A DNA stretch of 64,000 bases from Thiotrichales bacterium (GCA_016936535.1 JAFGXP010000045.1:425-64424); one strand, 5' to 3'; counted from the stretch's first letter, positions 18,773 through 28,904 are shown. Notes: generated by a model not told the origin, from the sequence alone. Program-made: numbers and translations.

Positions 18773-19852
18773 ATGAGCAATGCACAACTGATTTTGATTG
18801 ATAAACGTAACCAACCGCTAAAAGAGTACATCGTCGCGGTCGCCGCTTCAGATGGCCTTAATATTAAAGGCGTTGAGATTATGGCTTCACCGGCCAAAGG
18901 CGAGACCTCGCTCTTAAATGCCCAGGTGATTATTCCGCCTTTAGAAGCGCACGATTTTGACCTCAAAAAATTGGTGCAAGCGACCTTGGCGCAAGTGAGC
19001 CTAAATGAAGAAGTTGTCGATTTGACAACCTTTATTGAACGCTGCTCCGATGAACCTGCGGTGCGTCAAGCATTGCACGACTCCATCCCCAAACTGAGCA
19101 AAAAAATCGAAGAGCTGCTCAGTGAGTTTTTAAAATCGGAAGTGATTCCGCTTATCTTAGAACGCCGCAATGACGCACTTTATAAACTAAAAGAACACGC
19201 CAGCGCGTTAAAAGGAAAAAAGGTCGTCTGTATTGACATTGAAGCGACCAATATCTCAACGGATCCCAGTGCCGATATTATTCAGCTTTCGGCCTGCGAC
19301 GGCCAGGGCTCGCCCCTGTTTAACCAGCTCATCAACCCTGGTTACGACATACCGGAAAACGAAAAACACAATATCACCACGGAAATGGTTCAAAACCAAC
19401 CCATGCTCTCTCAAGTTTGGGAATCGATTCATGACACGCTTCGTGACGCCGATGTCGTTTTGGCCTACAGCACCGAAAGCGACTTTATGTACCTTGAAAA
19501 AAGCGCCGAAAAAAAGCTGCTGCGGTTTGAACTGGACTACAGCAAATGGCTGGATGTGGCCGAACTCAGTCGCGATCTGAACGGCGCGATACGCTGGCAT
19601 TCCGAACGCATGTACTGGTTCTATAAAACCCCTAAACTGACCGACTCTTATGAAAAAGTACTCGGCAAACCCTTCCCCGGCGACGCGCACGATGCCCTAG
19701 CCGACGCCCAAGCCACTCTCGAACTGTTTAATGCCATGCTTGAGAAAGGCCGTAAATCTCAAATTGGCGAAACGAAAAAAGCCAAATCGGTGAAAGAAGC
19801 GATCACCAACAACCCCTTCGCCGCCGCCTTCGCCAATGCCAAACGTTCGTAG
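18773..19852 (+). CDS. DEDDh 3'-5' exonuclease (DnaQ-like) with an N-terminal domain of about 150 aa that I could not place
   Basis: Exo I motif CIDIEAT, Exo II-like STESDFMYL and Exo III HDALADA are present. I cannot assign residues 1-150 to any family. Confidence 0.8.
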   Translation: MSNAQLILIDKRNQPLKEYIVAVAASDGLNIKGVEIMASPAKGETSLLNAQVIIPPLEAHDFDLKKLVQATLAQVSLNEEVVDLTTFIERCSDEPAVRQALHDSIPKLSKKIEELLSEFLKSEVIPLILERRNDALYKLKEHASALKGKKVVCIDIEATNISTDPSADIIQLSACDGQGSPLFNQLINPGYDIPENEKHNITTEMVQNQPMLSQVWESIHDTLRDADVVLAYSTESDFMYLEKSAEKKLLRFELDYSKWLDVAELSRDLNGAIRWHSERMYWFYKTPKLTDSYEKVLGKPFPGDAHDALADAQATLELFNAMLEKGRKSQIGETKKAKSVKEAITNNPFAAAFANAKRS

Positions 19853-19863
19853 GAGCCTAGAAA

Positions 19864-20307
19864 ATGTGTGAGGTGAATTTTAAAACACTGGAAAAAGCCA
19901 GTCTGGGCCAAAGCGTCGATTGGGCACAATTGCAAGGCCAAGTAAAATTTGATCAAGACGGTTTGATTCCCGCAATTGCCCAGCAATACGACAGCAAAGA
20001 AGTGCTGATGATGGCCTGGATGAACGCTCAATCTCTGCAAGAAACTTTGCAAACCGGTCGTGTCTGCTACTGGTCTCGCTCGCGCCAAAATTATTGGCGT
20101 AAAGGCGAAGAATCTGGGCAAATCCAATTACTGAAAGAGCTGCGATTTGATTGCGACGGCGATGCTATTCTCTTACTGGTGGATCAAACCGGCCCTGCTT
20201 GCCATACCGGTCGCCGCAGCTGTTTTTATACACTCGTCGATGGTCAACAAGCCACGATTACCAGTGCCCCGCTCATCGATCCCAACACCCTCTACCGCAC
20301 AAAATAA
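19864..20307 (+). CDS. hisI: phosphoribosyl-AMP cyclohydrolase (monofunctional HisI)
   Basis: GLIPAIAQ...MMAWMN...YWSRSR...WRKGEESG...DCDGDAILLLV...ACHTG is the typical HisI core. SD aggag; the gene starts 11 nt after the exonuclease stop. Confidence 0.92.
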   Translation: MCEVNFKTLEKASLGQSVDWAQLQGQVKFDQDGLIPAIAQQYDSKEVLMMAWMNAQSLQETLQTGRVCYWSRSRQNYWRKGEESGQIQLLKELRFDCDGDAILLLVDQTGPACHTGRRSCFYTLVDGQQATITSAPLIDPNTLYRTK

Positions 20308-20500
20308 CAACCAAATCGCGAGGCGATTTCGCGCCGCCCGAGAGCCCTTGTTCTAAAGGGCTAAATCACCCAAAAAACCATCCTCGCCTTTAACATGACA
20401 CAACGCAATTCTTGCACACCGAAGGTGGTAGAGATTTTCGATTCCTTTAAGATTGAAGCGTCTGCGAAGCGCGCAGATTCAATTCTTGGAGAAAGAGAAG

Positions 20501-20749
20501 ATGAGTATCGAAATGTTGACCGAATTTTTGGGCTGGTTGTCGATCATTAATATCGCCATTCTTTTGTTGTCGAGCCTGAGCTTGATTGCGATGCGCCGAA
20601 CCATTACCCAAATCCACGCCAAACTGTTTGGTTTAAATGAGCAAGACTTAGGAAGGCTTTATTTCCAATATCTTGCCCAATACAAAATCGCGGTTATGGT
20701 GTTGAATATTGCACCCTACCTTGCCCTAAAACTGATGTCAGCGGCTTAA
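20501..20749 (+). CDS. small membrane protein, unknown function
   Basis: ATG 20501 is preceded by ggagaaagag. Two hydrophobic segments are present (LGWLSIINIAILLLSSLSLI and IAVMVLNIAPYLAL). Confidence 0.6.
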   Translation: MSIEMLTEFLGWLSIINIAILLLSSLSLIAMRRTITQIHAKLFGLNEQDLGRLYFQYLAQYKIAVMVLNIAPYLALKLMSAA

Positions 20750-20767
20750 CAAAACAAGAGTTAACGC

Positions 20768-21919
20768 TTAGGACTTGCCGTCATCAAGCTTATCGTCATC
20801 ACGCTCGCCCTCTCCCGCTCTATGAGGCTCCTGCAGGTGACAAAATTCGCGCAACAGCATGGTGGCGTAGGTGCCAACCGGCAGCTCAAATTGCAGATGT
20901 AAATCCAGTGATTCATCCCTTGCCGAACTGGGTTGCCATTGCCAATGGAGCGCTTGGGGAATGAGTCGCAGCGCACGACGATCCGCTTCGACACGCATTC
21001 CCGCCAAAGCTTGCTGCCAACTTTGAAAAGGCTCTAAAGATTGCTGTTCATAAGCTAAAGCCGGCCCTTGCGCCGAGACCCAGCCACGCCCCAAATCCCC
21101 AATCAAAACACCGCTTGGATGAATGTCGCCGCTGCGAAGACGCTCGGCCAATTCCGGCGTGGCATCATCGGCAAAACAGCGCTGCGAACCCGCCAGCTGA
21201 AACACCTCTCCCGGTAAGGCCTGGTTCCAATTCCCTTGCATAACTCTTTGACTGAGCGCGCAATTGAAAGCCCACGATCGTAAGGTAGAAAGATAGAGAC
21301 TTTTTTTATGTCGAGGAACGCGCCGTGGGGCCTGCAGCATTGCAATCGCTTTGGGCAAATTATTGCCTCCCTTGCCAAAACGCTGAGCGCCAAAATAGTT
21401 CGGCACGCCTTGTTGCGCAATCTGCTGCAAACGGCTTTCAAAAATGGACTTTTCGGCCTCAGAAAAGTCCCCTACTGCAGATTTCAGAGAGCGCAGACAA
21501 ATTTCAAAGCGATTGCCGCTCAGACCACCGGTTTGCAATTTGCGCAGATGACGCTGTGCTTTCAGCAATCGTACCTGCGGGTGAGGCCAACTTGACCAAT
21601 CCGGATTTTCGCGCCCTGGGAGTTGGACACTCAGCCATTGTCGCGTTACCGCATGACGATCTTTTTGTCCCGCCATACCTACCGCATTTCGGGCAACACC
21701 GGCCCATTTCGCAACTTCACCGGCTAACCATTCGCTATTCTCGCCACGTTTCTCTAGGAATAGCCACAAATGCTCGCCCTCCCCGCTCAAGGTGAAGGGA
21801 TTCAGTTCGGTAACGGTAAAGTCCTCCGGTGAGGCCTTAAACGTGGCGTGCCAATCGGGTTGGCCATAGGCATAGGCTAATTGAGCAAAATCCACTTGAT
21901 TAAAAACAGGTTGGTTCAT
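20768..21919 (-). CDS. truD: tRNA pseudouridine(13) synthase TruD
   Basis: YAYGQPDWHATFKASPEDFTVTE aligns with E. coli TruD ([23 protein letters not shown]). Start is set at ATG 21919. Confidence 0.9.
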   Translation of the reverse strand: MNQPVFNQVDFAQLAYAYGQPDWHATFKASPEDFTVTELNPFTLSGEGEHLWLFLEKRGENSEWLAGEVAKWAGVARNAVGMAGQKDRHAVTRQWLSVQLPGRENPDWSSWPHPQVRLLKAQRHLRKLQTGGLSGNRFEICLRSLKSAVGDFSEAEKSIFESRLQQIAQQGVPNYFGAQRFGKGGNNLPKAIAMLQAPRRVPRHKKSLYLSTLRSWAFNCALSQRVMQGNWNQALPGEVFQLAGSQRCFADDATPELAERLRSGDIHPSGVLIGDLGRGWVSAQGPALAYEQQSLEPFQSWQQALAGMRVEADRRALRLIPQALHWQWQPSSARDESLDLHLQFELPVGTYATMLLREFCHLQEPHRAGEGERDDDKLDDGKS

Positions 21920-22028
21920 GATGTCTTTCTTTATTGAATGCAACGTCATAGGGTGTGACGCCTGCTGCTGGGCACGGCCATCCATCTGTTTGATGGCTAC
22001 CCGTATGAAAAGCTGTCTTCTAGGCGAG

Positions 22029-22475
22029 TTACAGATTGGTAAAAAGTTTTTCCGCGATTGGCGGCTCTTTGCCTTGTGGCGCTTCTAAGTAAATTTGAAT
22101 CAAGAGTTGGCGAATATTCCCCGGCACCATGTAGTCTTTAATCAAATTCCGCGCATCGACAGGCGAGTTTTTATTGATGTACAAATACAGATTACGAACG
22201 TAGCAAGGATTGTTCGGGTCAGAAGCCATCGGTTTGAGTGGGCCTTCGCCTTCGATTTTGAGATTTTCTTTCGAGATAATCACTATCTTATGGTAGTAAT
22301 TGGAACCTAACGGCTGATCAAAACAGACTTCAAACAAACGGTCAAAATTCCCTGAGCCTCGATCTAAATGATCGACCATCTGCGCACTGACAATCTTAAC
22401 AGGCTCTTTAGAACAACCTGTTAAACCGAATGCCAAGCCGCACCCAATCAAGATACTCGATACGAATTTTGCCAT
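22029..22475 (-). CDS. lipoprotein of unknown function
   Basis: MAKFVSSILIGCGLAFGLTGC contains a lipobox. Start is at ATG 22475. Confidence 0.65.
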   Translation of the reverse strand: MAKFVSSILIGCGLAFGLTGCSKEPVKIVSAQMVDHLDRGSGNFDRLFEVCFDQPLGSNYYHKIVIISKENLKIEGEGPLKPMASDPNNPCYVRNLYLYINKNSPVDARNLIKDYMVPGNIRQLLIQIYLEAPQGKEPPIAEKLFTNL

Positions 22476-22529
22476 CTTTCCTCCTGACTGATCGAGTTTT
22501 GCTGTCAAAACCGATCACACAGCTCATAA

Positions 22530-22558
22530 AAAAGCCTTAAATTGAATTTAAGGCTTTT
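22530..22558 (-). terminator. intrinsic terminator after the Tim44-like gene
   Basis: aaaagccttaaatt / aatttaaggctttt gives 14-bp palindromic arms. The minus strand continues with ttttta. Confidence 0.7.
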
Positions 22559-22605
22559 GGTGTCATAAGGCAGCATAGTGTCTTTGCCAACTGGCACAAT
22601 AAGGC

Positions 22606-23592
22606 TTAGCGCTGTTCTTGCTGAATCCCAGCCAACGCCCAATTACCTTCACCTTGTTGCAAGCGACGAATATGCCAAATCTCGCTAAACGCATGCGCGC
22701 CTTCATCGGCATTTTCTTCAATGAAGCCACTGTAGCGTACACTGACAATAAAGTAGTTGTCCTCAATCACCTTGTCGGCTATTTCAACCTGCAGTGCATC
22801 AACGCGTGTTTGGTTTTCACCGGCCTGCACGCCTTCAAGTTGCTGAGCCAGTTCTTGGAAAAGCTCTGCGGTGCAATAGTCACGCAAAGCCCCCAAATCC
22901 GCGTCATCCCACGCTTTTTGTAAAGCAATAAAATGCTCTTTCGCGCCTTGCAAAAAGCCTGCTTCATTAAACCAATCTGGATCAAGCGTCACACTCTGTG
23001 CCGCAGAGCTTGGTGCAGAGCCACTTAAGCCTGAGCCAATAATCGAACCGCCAGCATTCGGATTATAGGGCACATGAGCGGCTTGGGTTTCGCGCATTTG
23101 CACTGGCGCAGGCTGAGTTGGCGTTGAGGTGTTCGGCATTTCTCGTGGGTAACCGGCATAAGCAGACTGCGCTTCTTGATTTTGGCGTTTTTTGCGTTTA
23201 AAGAACATAAATAAACCAAACGCAATCAAGGCAAAAAGCAAGAAATCCATGATCTGCAAACCTTCAAAAGCGTCGCCAAAAATCATCGCCGCTAAGAGCC
23301 CCCCGACAGCCAAACCGGCCAAAGGCCCTAGCCATTTAGAAGCACCCGACTTTGCCGCCGTTGTGCCTGCCGCCGCGGCCGCTCCCGCTGGCGCAGCCGA
23401 AGGTGCCGCATTGGTGGCTTTCGAGTCGGTTGTTGATTTTTGGTTAAACGATTTTGGTGCCACTTGCTTGTTGTAACCACTTGAACCGCCACTGCCTAGG
23501 CGCTTGGCTTCGGCCACTTGGCTGAAAGCAAATAGCAGGGTAAATAAGCTTAGCCACAAAATGCTGAAAAAAGATTTACTGGAAGTCATCAC
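22606..23592 (-). CDS. Tim44-like domain membrane protein
   Basis: Layout: signal or TM segment, low-complexity A/G/S linker, second TM segment (LLFALIAFGLFMFF), then a C-terminal domain of about 150 aa (DPDWF...FVSVRYSG...WHIRR) resembling the Tim44 C-terminal fold family. Confidence 0.7.
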   Translation of the reverse strand: MMTSSKSFFSILWLSLFTLLFAFSQVAEAKRLGSGGSSGYNKQVAPKSFNQKSTTDSKATNAAPSAAPAGAAAAAGTTAAKSGASKWLGPLAGLAVGGLLAAMIFGDAFEGLQIMDFLLFALIAFGLFMFFKRKKRQNQEAQSAYAGYPREMPNTSTPTQPAPVQMRETQAAHVPYNPNAGGSIIGSGLSGSAPSSAAQSVTLDPDWFNEAGFLQGAKEHFIALQKAWDDADLGALRDYCTAELFQELAQQLEGVQAGENQTRVDALQVEIADKVIEDNYFIVSVRYSGFIEENADEGAHAFSEIWHIRRLQQGEGNWALAGIQQEQR

Positions 23593-23731
23593 TCACCTCG
23601 AAGGTTGCATTAAATTTATCGGTGCCATTGTACTGGAATTGACTTGAATGTCAGCTAATTGATAAAGCCGCTTTATCACCTTCAAGTAAATTGTCATTGA
23701 TTGCCGACCCAGGGCTTGTTCACACTTTTGG

Positions 23732-24319
23732 TTATCGCGGTTCTTTTACGCAGCGCGAAATGGTGTAGTCCTTACCTTGTTTGACTTTCTCATAATTACC
23801 GAAAACCTCGTTAAAATTCCGCTTCATATAATCGCGCAACCCGTTGATGGTCACTACCACCAACTGTCCACCGGGCGCAAGCTGGCAATAAATATCGTGC
23901 AATAAAATACTGAGCATTTCTTTACCGACTTTGGCTGGAATGTTTGAAACTACTGTGGTGAACTGCAACTCCTTGGGAACATTGCTTAACCCATTAGACA
24001 GGTAAGCTTTGGCATGGTTTAGACGATTGATTTCGGCATTTTTATTGGCGTACTCCACCGCCACAAAATCCTTATCGACCAGATGCACTTCGCTATTTGG
24101 AACCGCAGCGGCAATCGCCAAGCCGATTGGACCATAGCCACAACCAATATCGAGCACCGTTTCCTGTTCAGTTAACGACAAATAGCGTAATAGCAAATCT
24201 GTACCAGAATCAATTTCGCGCGGACTGAAAATCCCCCAAGTGGTGGCAAACTTTAGCGGTTTGCCGAGCAGTTGCGCATCGATGTGTAAGTCTTGTTTGA
24301 GTTGTTCAATGGTAGCCAA
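23732..24319 (-). CDS. class I SAM-dependent methyltransferase (MTS small domain, RsmC/RsmD-like)
   Basis: Motif I VLDIGCGYGPIG and motif IV-like SNIPA are present. The apparent start is a TTG at 24319 with agga 8 nt upstream. Confidence 0.75.
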   Translation of the reverse strand: MATIEQLKQDLHIDAQLLGKPLKFATTWGIFSPREIDSGTDLLLRYLSLTEQETVLDIGCGYGPIGLAIAAAVPNSEVHLVDKDFVAVEYANKNAEINRLNHAKAYLSNGLSNVPKELQFTTVVSNIPAKVGKEMLSILLHDIYCQLAPGGQLVVVTINGLRDYMKRNFNEVFGNYEKVKQGKDYTISRCVKEPR

Positions 24320-24476
24320 GGGGAATTCCTGATCGAGATAATAAAAACGGATGTCTTAAGACGCTGGCCACAGCGCGGCCTGCCTAAGACCAAAATTTGG
24401 TAAACTATTGTACCTTTTTATTTTGCCGATAGAACGGTGCTGCAACCGTCGGCGCGCCCTCAAGACGATACAACAG

Positions 24477-26507
24477 ATGCACGGATTAAACGAAAGACAA
24501 CTGAAAGCGGTATTGCACACTCAGACTCCCACGTTGGTTTTAGCCGGCGCAGGTTCAGGCAAAACCCGCGTGATTACCGAAAAAATTGCCCATTTAATTC
24601 GCAAACATAACTATTTACCTCACCATATCTATGCAGTGACCTTTACCAACAAATCGGCAAAAGAGATGAAGGAGCGGGTACACAAACTGCTTAAAGATGA
24701 CAACAGCAAAGGACTGAATGTTTCAACTTTCCACAATCTTGGTCTGAACATAATTCGGCGCGAATACAAAGCCCTGGGTTACAAGCCTAATTTCAGTATT
24801 ATGGACGCGGCCGATGCTGGGCAAATTTTGAAGGAGTTAATGCACAAACACACCCTCGATCCGGAAGTATTGGAGGGCGTGCAATGGGACATCTCCCGCT
24901 GGAAAAACGCACACCTATCCGCTGAACAAGCCTTGGAACAGGCACAAGATCAACAAGAGCAGGCACGAGCGCTGCTGTACCAAGCCTATCAGAAACAGTT
25001 AAAAGCCTATAACGCGGTGGATTTTGATGATTTGATTGGCCTACCGGTCAGCTTATTCAAGGAAGAGCCCGAAATTCTAGACCAATGGCAAAACCGAGTG
25101 CGTTATTTGTTGGTGGATGAATATCAAGACACCAATGCGGCACAATATGCCTTAGTAAAACATTTGGTGGGGGTCCAAGCGCGCTTTACGGTGGTTGGCG
25201 ATGATGACCAGTCTATTTATGCTTGGCGTGGTGCCCAGCCAGAAAACCTGATTCAACTTAAACAGGATTTTCCGGCTCTTGAACTGATTAAACTTGAACA
25301 AAATTACCGTTCCAGCAATCGAATTCTGCAGTCCGCCAATGCCTTGATTGCCCATAATCCGCATGTTTTTGAAAAAAGTCTGTGGTCGGAAATGGGCCTC
25401 GGTGAACCGATTCGAGTGATTGCGTGCGCTAACGAAAACCAAGAGGCCGAACGCGTGGTCTCCGAAATCATTCTGCATAAATTTAAACACCGCAGCAAAA
25501 ATCGTGACTACGCTATTCTCTATCGTGGCAACCATCAGGCACGTTTAATTGAACGCGCGCTGCGTGAAAACAATCTGCCTTATGTTATCTCTGGCGGAAA
25601 GTCGTTTTTTGATCATGCTGAAATCAAAGATGTGATGTCGTATCTCAAACTGATCGTTAACCCAGATGATGACGCGGCCTTTTTGCGGATTGTAAACACC
25701 CCCCGCCGCGAAATTGGTACAACGACCTTGGAAAAACTGGCCACCTACGCCAATCAACGCGGTATCAGTTTGTTTGACGCCACGCAAGCGTTTGGCATTA
25801 CTCAACTTCTCTCAGAAAAATCGCTCGGACGCGTGCAGCGCTTTGGGGAACTGTTGCTTAAATGGACCAAAACGGCAGACCATGCTCAAGGCGAGGAAGT
25901 GGTGCAACTGATACGCAATTTGATTGAAGAAATCGAATACGATAACTGGCTGCATGAAACGGCCACCTCCCCTAAGGCAGCCGAAAAACGGATTAGTCAG
26001 GTTCGAGAATTGATTTTATGGATTGAGCGGATCATTAAAAAAGCCGAAGAAGAAGCAGGTGAGGCAAAAACTCTGGCGACCATTGTCCGACACATGACGC
26101 TGGTCGACATGCTGGAGCGCAATGAATCAGAACAAGATCATGACATGATCAGCCTAATGACACTACACGCTTCAAAAGGCCTGGAGTTTCCTAATGTATT
26201 TTTGATTGGCATGGAAGAAGAGCTTCTACCTCATAAACAGAACTTGGAATCGCCCGGCCTTGAAGAGGAGCGACGTCTTGCTTATGTTGGATTAACCCGT
26301 GCCCAATATAGCCTCACCCTAACCTATGCGAACAAACGCCGTAAATATGGTGAAGATATGACCTGTGAACCCAGCCGTTTTCTGTATGAACTGCCCCCAG
26401 AACTCCTGCAATGGGAAGGCAAACCAGGAGTAGAAATCAGTCAAGAAGAACACCTCAAACACGGTAATGAAAACCTCGCTAACCTGCGTTCGCTGTTAGG
26501 CGGATAA
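24477..26507 (+). CDS. rep: ATP-dependent DNA helicase Rep
   Basis: Collinear with E. coli Rep: LVLAGAGSGKTRVIT.KIAHLIR, YLLVDEYQDTN, FTVVGDDDQSIYAWRGA, LEQNYRSS and LMTLHASKGLEFP. Start is at ATG 24477. Confidence 0.95.
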   Translation: MHGLNERQLKAVLHTQTPTLVLAGAGSGKTRVITEKIAHLIRKHNYLPHHIYAVTFTNKSAKEMKERVHKLLKDDNSKGLNVSTFHNLGLNIIRREYKALGYKPNFSIMDAADAGQILKELMHKHTLDPEVLEGVQWDISRWKNAHLSAEQALEQAQDQQEQARALLYQAYQKQLKAYNAVDFDDLIGLPVSLFKEEPEILDQWQNRVRYLLVDEYQDTNAAQYALVKHLVGVQARFTVVGDDDQSIYAWRGAQPENLIQLKQDFPALELIKLEQNYRSSNRILQSANALIAHNPHVFEKSLWSEMGLGEPIRVIACANENQEAERVVSEIILHKFKHRSKNRDYAILYRGNHQARLIERALRENNLPYVISGGKSFFDHAEIKDVMSYLKLIVNPDDDAAFLRIVNTPRREIGTTTLEKLATYANQRGISLFDATQAFGITQLLSEKSLGRVQRFGELLLKWTKTADHAQGEEVVQLIRNLIEEIEYDNWLHETATSPKAAEKRISQVRELILWIERIIKKAEEEAGEAKTLATIVRHMTLVDMLERNESEQDHDMISLMTLHASKGLEFPNVFLIGMEEELLPHKQNLESPGLEEERRLAYVGLTRAQYSLTLTYANKRRKYGEDMTCEPSRFLYELPPELLQWEGKPGVEISQEEHLKHGNENLANLRSLLGG

Positions 26508-26536
26508 TAAACGTCAAGACATTGGAAGAGCCTTCT

Positions 26537-27757
26537 ATGCATCCACAATCGCTTTCTTCTTTTGAAATCGCGCCCATACCCCACCTCTATTTTGGCTGGG
26601 GAATTCGTCATCAATTATTGCAACAACTGGAAAAGCGCTTTCAAGGTCCCGTTGTCTTAATTTGCAGCCATTTTTTAGCGCAAGAAGGCCAATTTGGATG
26701 GCAGTTGAAAAGCACTTTGCAAAAAACCTGCCAGGTTCAAACCTTCACCATCCGCGGCGAACCCTCACCTGAAACCGTCGATCAAATTGTGGCGCAATGC
26801 CAGCCAAAAACCGAGGTGCTGATTGCCCTTGGCGGTGGCAGTGTGTTAGATGCAGGCAAAGCCATTGCCGGCTTAATTCCCTCTCAAAATTCGGTTTTAG
26901 ATTATTTAGAAGGCGTGGGAGCGGGTAAATCTTTTACTGGTCCAACTTGTCCGTTTATAGCGATTCCCACCACGGCTGGCACCGGCAGCGAAACCACCAA
27001 AAACGCAGTTTTATCGCGCGTTGGCCAGTTTAAAAAATCTTTTCGCGACAATCAGTTGCTTGCCAAAGAGGCTTGGCTTGATCCAGAGCTCTTAGAAACC
27101 TGCCCAAAATCCGTACTTTATGCCACAGGCATGGATGCCTTTACGCAACTCTTAGAAAGTTACGTCACCTTAAAAGCGAATCCAATTACCGACGCCCTTG
27201 CTTGGCGAGGCATGACGGCTTTCTTAGGCGCTTTTGATGCCATCGACCACCCTGAACCCGCGGAAACACATTCGTCAAAACACCGACAACAAGGGTTAAG
27301 CAATTTAATGTTGGCAGCCTCCCTCTCTGGCACTACCTTGGCCAATGCGGGACTTGGAGCAGTTCATGGCTTGGCAGGGCCGATTGGCGCTTTTTTTGAC
27401 GCCCCCCATGGCGTGGTTTGCGCCAAACTACTTGCTCCCATTACCATAGCCAACCTGCAAGCACTCAATGCGCATCCGGATGCTTCATTCGCAGCTACTT
27501 TTCTCGAAAAATACGCAGCAGTGGGTCGTTTGGTCAGTCAACAAGATGCTTTGAATACTCAGCAGGCACACACAGCATTGATTACTTACCTACAACAACT
27601 CACCGCAACCTACGTACCACAAGGATTAGCCAGCTACGGACTGCGCTCAGACAATTTAGAGCCAATTCTAGCAAGCTGTCGCAGCGGCAGTATGCTCGGC
27701 AACCCGACACCGCTCAGCGATGAAACTTTAAGAAAAGCCATCCAAGGATGTTTATAA
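26537..27757 (+). CDS. iron-containing (group III) alcohol dehydrogenase family protein
   Basis: GGGSVLDAGKAIA and IPTTAGTGSE motifs are present. Start is at ATG 26537 with SD ggaagag. Confidence 0.85.
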   Translation: MHPQSLSSFEIAPIPHLYFGWGIRHQLLQQLEKRFQGPVVLICSHFLAQEGQFGWQLKSTLQKTCQVQTFTIRGEPSPETVDQIVAQCQPKTEVLIALGGGSVLDAGKAIAGLIPSQNSVLDYLEGVGAGKSFTGPTCPFIAIPTTAGTGSETTKNAVLSRVGQFKKSFRDNQLLAKEAWLDPELLETCPKSVLYATGMDAFTQLLESYVTLKANPITDALAWRGMTAFLGAFDAIDHPEPAETHSSKHRQQGLSNLMLAASLSGTTLANAGLGAVHGLAGPIGAFFDAPHGVVCAKLLAPITIANLQALNAHPDASFAATFLEKYAAVGRLVSQQDALNTQQAHTALITYLQQLTATYVPQGLASYGLRSDNLEPILASCRSGSMLGNPTPLSDETLRKAIQGCL

Positions 27758-27932
27758 ATTTTCCTTATCTTTTCGTGAATTTATTTTTGCTTAAAAAAGT
27801 GCCTTTACTGCACGGCAAGCTTTGCGTTTTCAACGAAAAACCGTGTATGATGGTCTGAAATTAACATCCTTTTATTCTATTTATCGGACTCAAAACGAGT
27901 TTTGTACCCAATCAATGGCGAGAGAAACCCTC

Positions 27933-28655
27933 ATGAAACTTCAGAAAAATGCGATTAAACTGGCGCTTGTGGCGGCTGGTTTTGCCTTTGCCTCAACCGC
28001 TTATGCGCAAACCAATGCCATGAAAAGCCTAAACACAAACGATGTCGAAGCCATGGTCAAATTATATGAAGACCTGGACCAAGACGGCATTATGGATAGC
28101 AAAGACCATTGTCCAAACACTGCCTTAGGTGCAACGGTCGGCGCAAATGGTTGTACTCCTGTTGCAGCACCGGAAATCAATACCGTAGTAGAAGAAGTCA
28201 CTCTGTATCAACCGATTGTTGAAGAGAAAATTGAAGCCCCTCTACCAGAGCCGATTTTCACTATGCGCAGCACCTTGTTTGACTTGGACAAAGCCACTCT
28301 ACGTACCGATCAAATCGGTGCACTGCGTGCCAACCTAAGCAAACTTAACACCATGAAGCCAACTGACAACCTTCTTATTATGGGTCACACCTGTGATTTA
28401 GGTTCAGATCGTCACAATATGGGATTGTCATGGCGTCGTGCGCAAACCATTCAAAGATTTATTGCGACTGAAATGCCAAACCTTGCAAACCGCATCTACA
28501 TTGTTGGGCGTGGCGAAAACGAGCCTATGGTCTCTAATACCAGCGAAAGCAATCGTCAACAAAACCGTCGCGTAGAAATTCGTGTCCTACCTGGTAATCA
28601 AATTTTGCCGAGCGATGCGAGCATGCAAATGCCAGCAGGCATGGCGGGACGTTAA
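27933..28655 (+). CDS. OmpA-family protein with a thrombospondin type-3 Ca-binding repeat
   Basis: Signal peptide ...FAFASTAYAQ, a TSP3-like repeat DLDQDGIMDSKDHCPNT, and an OmpA_C region (GHTCDLGSDRHNMGLSWRRA...NRRVEIRV). Confidence 0.85.
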   Translation: MKLQKNAIKLALVAAGFAFASTAYAQTNAMKSLNTNDVEAMVKLYEDLDQDGIMDSKDHCPNTALGATVGANGCTPVAAPEINTVVEEVTLYQPIVEEKIEAPLPEPIFTMRSTLFDLDKATLRTDQIGALRANLSKLNTMKPTDNLLIMGHTCDLGSDRHNMGLSWRRAQTIQRFIATEMPNLANRIYIVGRGENEPMVSNTSESNRQQNRRVEIRVLPGNQILPSDASMQMPAGMAGR

Positions 28656-28678
28656 TTAAAGATCCGAGCCAACGACAT

Positions 28679-28706
28679 AACGCCGCACTTAAGCGGCGTT
28701 TTTATT
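28679..28706 (+). terminator. intrinsic terminator after the OmpA-family gene
   Basis: aacgccgc-acttaa-gcggcgtt followed by tttatt. Confidence 0.85.
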
Positions 28707-28904
28707 GGCACTTAAGCGCTTTAAGTGGGTCAATACAGAAATCCCCCTTTTCACTTTCCCTAACGCTTGAATTTGCTATACTTGAAGCCTAAAAATGGCG
28801 CCCTTATGCTTTACTCGCTTTGGTTTGATCCGAGTGCGTTTTGCCGCTAAAGGCCTATTGATTTTGGCCGCAACCTTCAGGTTTTTATATAAAGACGGTA
28901 TCTC

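Noticed and set aside
20313-20476. Three short hairpins after hisI (20313-20329, 20343-20362 and 20459-20476) as a possible riboswitch or sRNA
   Set aside because: The stems are only 6-7 bp, there is no U-tract, and I recognise no conserved riboswitch motif. The evidence is insufficient to call an RNA feature.
28706-28722. TGGCAC at 28707 as a possible sigma54 -24 element upstream of the T1SS
   Set aside because: The downstream GC dinucleotides are one position off the required GG-N10-GC spacing, and TTGC is absent.
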